Source: Psammoneis japonica (Eukaryota). From it: a DNA stretch of 64,000 bases. Positions 61,363-64,000 of this stretch are shown one piece after another. The DNA is taken from assembly GCA_008632985.1 (NCBI GenBank), contig QPGO01000151.1, forward strand, positions 124,001 through 188,000. The letters run 5' to 3'. Every line of letters starts with the position of its first letter. Positions within the stretch are counted from its first letter, which is position 1. The notes under the pieces are model-generated. The model saw only the letters and a program-made list of their open reading frames with translations. It ran no database searches and was not told the DNA's origin. The position numbers and the translations under genes were made by a program.

Positions 61363-63226
61363 TTATGTTAAACTCATTAGATCCCGCATGAGTAACTCGT
61401 CTTCCTTCTTAACAAAACGACCTTTTACTCGAAGTCGACTGTCCGCGAAATTCTTCCTCACGTCATATTTGACAGTCTTTGTCCAAACGCGATGATTTCT
61501 TTTAGCCAGGAAGCGCTCAATCCTAATTTTTCTGCTTTCAGGAGAGTATGCACCAATCCACCCATCTGGGCGTTCTACTTCAAGCAGTCCATGAATATCC
61601 ATTGATGTTCTCAAGTTGGGGTCGCTCATTGATCTTGGGCGGCCTAGGCCAGATGCATTCTCCTTCCTCTCTTCTTCTTCAACTCTTTTATCCTGCTTTG
61701 CTTTTGCAGCCGCCTTCTTATCCTTCCGCTCCTGCTTCTCGCGTGCCTCCCTCTCTTTTCTTTCCCGCATGTTCTGCTCTCGCTTTTCTTTCTTCTCTCT
61801 CTTCTCCCTCTCCTTTTGTTCTTTCTTGGCGAGTTTCTCACGTCGACGCTCAGCTGCCAGTTCACTTTTAGTCTTTATCCTAGATTCGCTCTTTGATCTA
61901 CCGTATTGCGCAAGGCTTGCCCCGATACCGCCCTCGCCTGGATGTGACGGGCTGCCGCCGGTTACGTTCAGACCCACCATGCCTCCATAAGGGTTTGCCC
62001 TTCTAGCTCTGACACATGGGTGATGCACCATCGCCCAAGAATCGGCGGTCGACCCAACCACCATAACCATCACGCCCATCCTGTGACGACGGGGTTTCTC
62101 CCAAGAGACCACCAAACGCCAACGAGTTCGATCGAAAACGTTGTTGCTCTTCGAGAATGGTGGGAGACGGATCAATGTGTCCCGATCCAAAAGCTTGCGG
62201 CGGCAGCTTGAGGTACTCATCACTTTGGCTAGTAAAATCCCCATTGAACTCCAAATCCCCAATTCCGTCGTCTCCTTCATAAGCAGATGGTGAAACCATG
62301 TTGGGTTGAGCTTCTTCCACCGGATTGTGCTTCTGCTGCGTGACCTGCCCTGGATCTATTGGAATAGGATTTGAGTGGGTACTCTTTGAAGCAATCCCCA
62401 GATGTGACAATATATCTGCATCCGGTGCCCCAGGATGACTCGGCATGTCCATACCGGCGCAGAGATCGTCATCTACAGTCAGAAAATCCAGATCCAAATC
62501 ATCCAACAAGTTAATGTCAGCTGAAGCGCGATTCAACAGCTTTCCACTCGTGATCATGTTTTCGAGAGTGCTCTTGTCTCCCCGTTCATACTTGTCTAGA
62601 GCAGACTGTAGATCCTCGTCACCTGAAATAATGAGATCTTTGAGAATAGCCTTCTGGTGTTGGTCGATGAGTCCTGCGTCTTCCAGTTCCGCAGCAGACC
62701 GCAGTCGTCCAGAAATGCTCTGAGGAAACGAGAAACACAAAATGATATTTTAAGCACGAAATCAAGCAAAAGTTCATGACAACGAAAGCCGAAGATCTGA
62801 ATTACTTACACCACTTCGCGCACGCTTTCCAAAATGTTGCGCTTCATAAGAAGACGGGGCGAAGGTCGGAGGAGTGTGCGACAACGGATCCATAATCCCA
62901 CTGAGAAAAGCACTTCCAGAAGAACCGGCAGATCCAGATTGAAACTCGGGGTTGTTGGGTGTCGGTATCGGCTTCGAGGCTGGTGGTCGTGTCGGCATTG
63001 GCCTTCCAACAGGAATGGGCTCCGTGGTACTCACGGCCGTTTGAGTGGGACCCGATGTACTAATATTGCCATAACCTTCATCCTCGTTGTTCATCGCAGC
63101 AACCATATGCGCAACGGTCATGTCCACTCCAGACGACTCGTCAATGTTGAACCCCAAGGAAGAGTACTCATCGTCGGTGTGCGAGCTGCCGAGGCGCTCT
63201 GCGGACCCTTTCAAATCAGCGCTCAT
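61363..63226 (-). CDS. CCT-domain (CONSTANS-like motif) protein; intron 62809-62720; apparent frameshift near 62000-62030
   Basis: C-terminal RKIRIERFLAKRNHRVWTKTVKYDVRKNFADSRLRVKGRFVK CCT motif. GTAAGT...CAG intron. Overlapping ORFs 62740-62003 and 62280-61363. Confidence 0.8.
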
Positions 63227-64000
63227 CACTGAATTCTCTCTCTCGTGATGTCGCTTCGTGTCTCAACGGTACCGGTAGGCTTTCTGCTTTCTCCGAAATT
63301 ACGTGATCAAAGATTGCTTTTCTGTGAATGCAATAGTGTGCAATCGAGATAGATTGCGTTGTTCTTGTCAGTTCCAGTTATGATAATGCTATAGGCTTGC
63401 TCTACATACCGAGTGGGATTGATTCTTGAAGGGTTGATTGAGGGGGTCGACGCGGTCAACCATGAGCGTGTTGCCGGCTGTTCCGATCGATGAAAATACC
63501 ACGCGGGATGCACCGATACCAGAGTTTTACGTGGCGTTCTACAGGGTTCAGAATTTGATAGTGATTTGGTCCAATATGAATGAAATTTCATCAAAGTTCT
63601 GGGCCATAAATAAATCTAAATGTTCTGACTCCTCACTGAGTCACTGTTTTCTGATTTCGTTAAGTAAATATAACTTTTATTGCTTCATACAAATATATGA
63701 ATAATGACATTTCCGAAATCACCTTTTCCCGCCAAAGCAACTCACAAAAGATGCCAAAAAAACCAACGCAACATTATTATTATTTGAACATACAGTAGTG
63801 GCGAACTTGACCATGTCTTTTCTTCTCAAGTCACCCTTGCTCAAGTCGCTGTTTCGGGTGCCTGCCCCACCGCGGCCTACCGTTCCATCCGGAAAACAGC
63901 GAATTTGTGTCGCGGGATATGGCACATCGCACAACACGGGAAGGGCTCAAAAAATTGCTTTGGAAATCTCGCTGCTCCATCCAGATCGTTTCGAGACTTG

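Overview
Eukaryotic nuclear DNA, most likely from a diatom (inferred from short GT-AG introns, an Lsi2-like silicon transporter, a bipartite-type plastid presequence and diatom-type retroelements). Gene islands encode a Zn-dependent alcohol dehydrogenase, an Lsi2-like transporter, serine palmitoyltransferase LCB2, a putative plastid protein, a BSD protein and a CCT protein. They alternate with about 45 kb of transposon-derived DNA. This includes a four-level nest: a TIR element interrupted by a Ty3/Gypsy element, whose 3' LTR is interrupted by a Ty1/Copia element, which carries an antisense TRIM-like fragment with a tRNA-like cassette in its LTR. The main signal is that TE-derived DNA has lost almost all TpA dinucleotides by conversion to TpG or CpA (A-to-G on either strand). 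Conserved Tyr residues become Cys or His, and paired LTRs differ mostly at ancestral TpA. This implies a post-integration, DNA-level, repeat-targeted hypermutation analogous to fungal RIP but opposite in direction. No candidate enzyme is encoded in the window. All alignments and counts were done by eye.
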